6,057 bases of DNA from the IMG/VR virus record IMGVR_UViG_3300045988_000161, positions 1 through 6,057 of that record. One strand, written 5' to 3'. Below are positions 5,307 through 6,057 of the stretch, in pieces. Made by a program: the position numbers and the translations under genes. This DNA is from a virus. The notes below the pieces were generated by a model, which was not told the DNA's origin, did no database searches, and worked only from the letters and a program-made list of their open reading frames with translations. The stretch's first letter is position 1, and every line of letters begins with the position of its first letter.

Positions 5307-6057
5307 TTAATAGGGTAAACCATTTCTATCCAAGTTCTGAACAGCATATACTTGAAAATTAACATTACACAACAACTGGTCAAATGCAACAGAGCAATTA
5401 GAAGAATCAACCTGAGGAACGAATATAGAGTTCAACTGTTGGGGGCGGACCTTCATGGATTGATAAGACCAAGAACCGGAAGAAGTCAACACCTGCCAGC
5501 CGTCAAGAGGAGCAACCCAAGATTGATAAGCAGCACCAGCACGAAATCCAGCGTGAACAGTATCAATATTAGATTTCCACTGCCAATAACGAAGATTGTA
5601 GCCAAGAGAACCGGAAACAGCACGACCCGGATTATTCTGAAGATTCAGAGCAGGGACAGCTTGCATGCCAAGTTGGTCAAATGCAGGTTGCGGAAAATCA
5701 GAAATAGCAGTCACAGTCAATTGAGGATTCTGACCGGTCAGATTCCAATCCAACATAGGTACAGCGTGATATACACACATAATCACCTGATGTTCAGCGC
5801 CACAATTATAAGTAATAGTATGTCCAGAGTTACTAGATACACCTTTACCAGCAATAGAGGCCTGTGAAGAATCGGTATCAAGATTAGTATTAACTACTTC
5901 ATTAATATTGATGACACTAGACCAACCACCAATATAATGTGCATGATTGCCCATGTACTCAGGAGCTTTAATACCAAACTGGGCAGCCATTTGGTCAGAA
6001 TAATCCTTACTACTGAATTGTACTACTTCTTTCCAGCGCTGAAGATACTCTGTTGCA
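5307..6057 (-). CDS. VP1: Major capsid protein VP1, 3'/C-terminal part (5959-6057 duplicates 1-99)
   Basis: Track ORF 5307..5990 (MAAQFGIKAPEYMGNHAHYIGGW...NLDRNGLPY, stop TAA at 5309-5307) begins at an internal Met. The frame stays open upstream to the window end and joins the 1-1082 segment through the 5958-nt circle. Confidence 0.93.
   Translation of the reverse strand, partial: ATEYLQRWKEVVQFSSKDYSDQMAAQFGIKAPEYMGNHAHYIGGWSSVININEVVNTNLDTDSSQASIAGKGVSSNSGHTITYNCGAEHQVIMCVYHAVPMLDWNLTGQNPQLTVTAISDFPQPAFDQLGMQAVPALNLQNNPGRAVSGSLGYNLRYWQWKSNIDTVHAGFRAGAAYQSWVAPLDGWQVLTSSGSWSYQSMKVRPQQLNSIFVPQVDSSNCSVAFDQLLCNVNFQVYAVQNLDRNGLPY
5959..6057. repeat. Terminal direct repeat, copy 2 (circular-genome closure overlap)
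   Basis: Exact copy of 1-99. The repeat runs to the last base of the window, as expected for an assembler overlap on a circular molecule. Confidence 0.97.

Noticed and set aside
5352-5867. 171-aa plus-strand ORF antisense to VP1
   Set aside because: It is an antisense shadow of the capsid gene, with no start context and on the wrong strand for this virus family.

Overview
The window is one complete, circularly permuted genome of a small ssDNA phage of the family Microviridae, with a unit length of 5,958 nt. It is shown as the reverse complement of the coding (viral) strand. Bases 1-99 recur exactly at 5959-6057, so the contig closes on itself. All credible genes lie on the minus strand and are tightly packed. 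In order of transcription they are: a Bacteroidetes-type promoter (3179-3149), a 64-aa ORF, a 27-aa membrane peptide, and the HUH replication initiator VP4 (1100-2779). Next comes the major capsid protein VP1 (577 aa), which spans the window junction and is therefore absent from the supplied ORF track. After VP1 come an acidic 147-aa protein, the DNA-pilot/minor capsid protein VP2, and a 52-aa ORF. Genome size, the long Rep, the VP1/VP2 sequence features and the promoter type suggest an Alpavirinae-like microvirus of a Bacteroidales host; this is family-level inference with no database search. The one region the genes do not explain is 3200-3524. Its core is about 60% GC against about 40% elsewhere, and it carries at least five strong hairpins, mutually exclusive pairings followed by a T-tract, short direct repeats and a hidden Arg-rich 48-aa ORF. 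I see no CRISPR array, tRNA, rRNA or transposon. Most other track ORFs are +1-frame or antisense shadows of the real genes.
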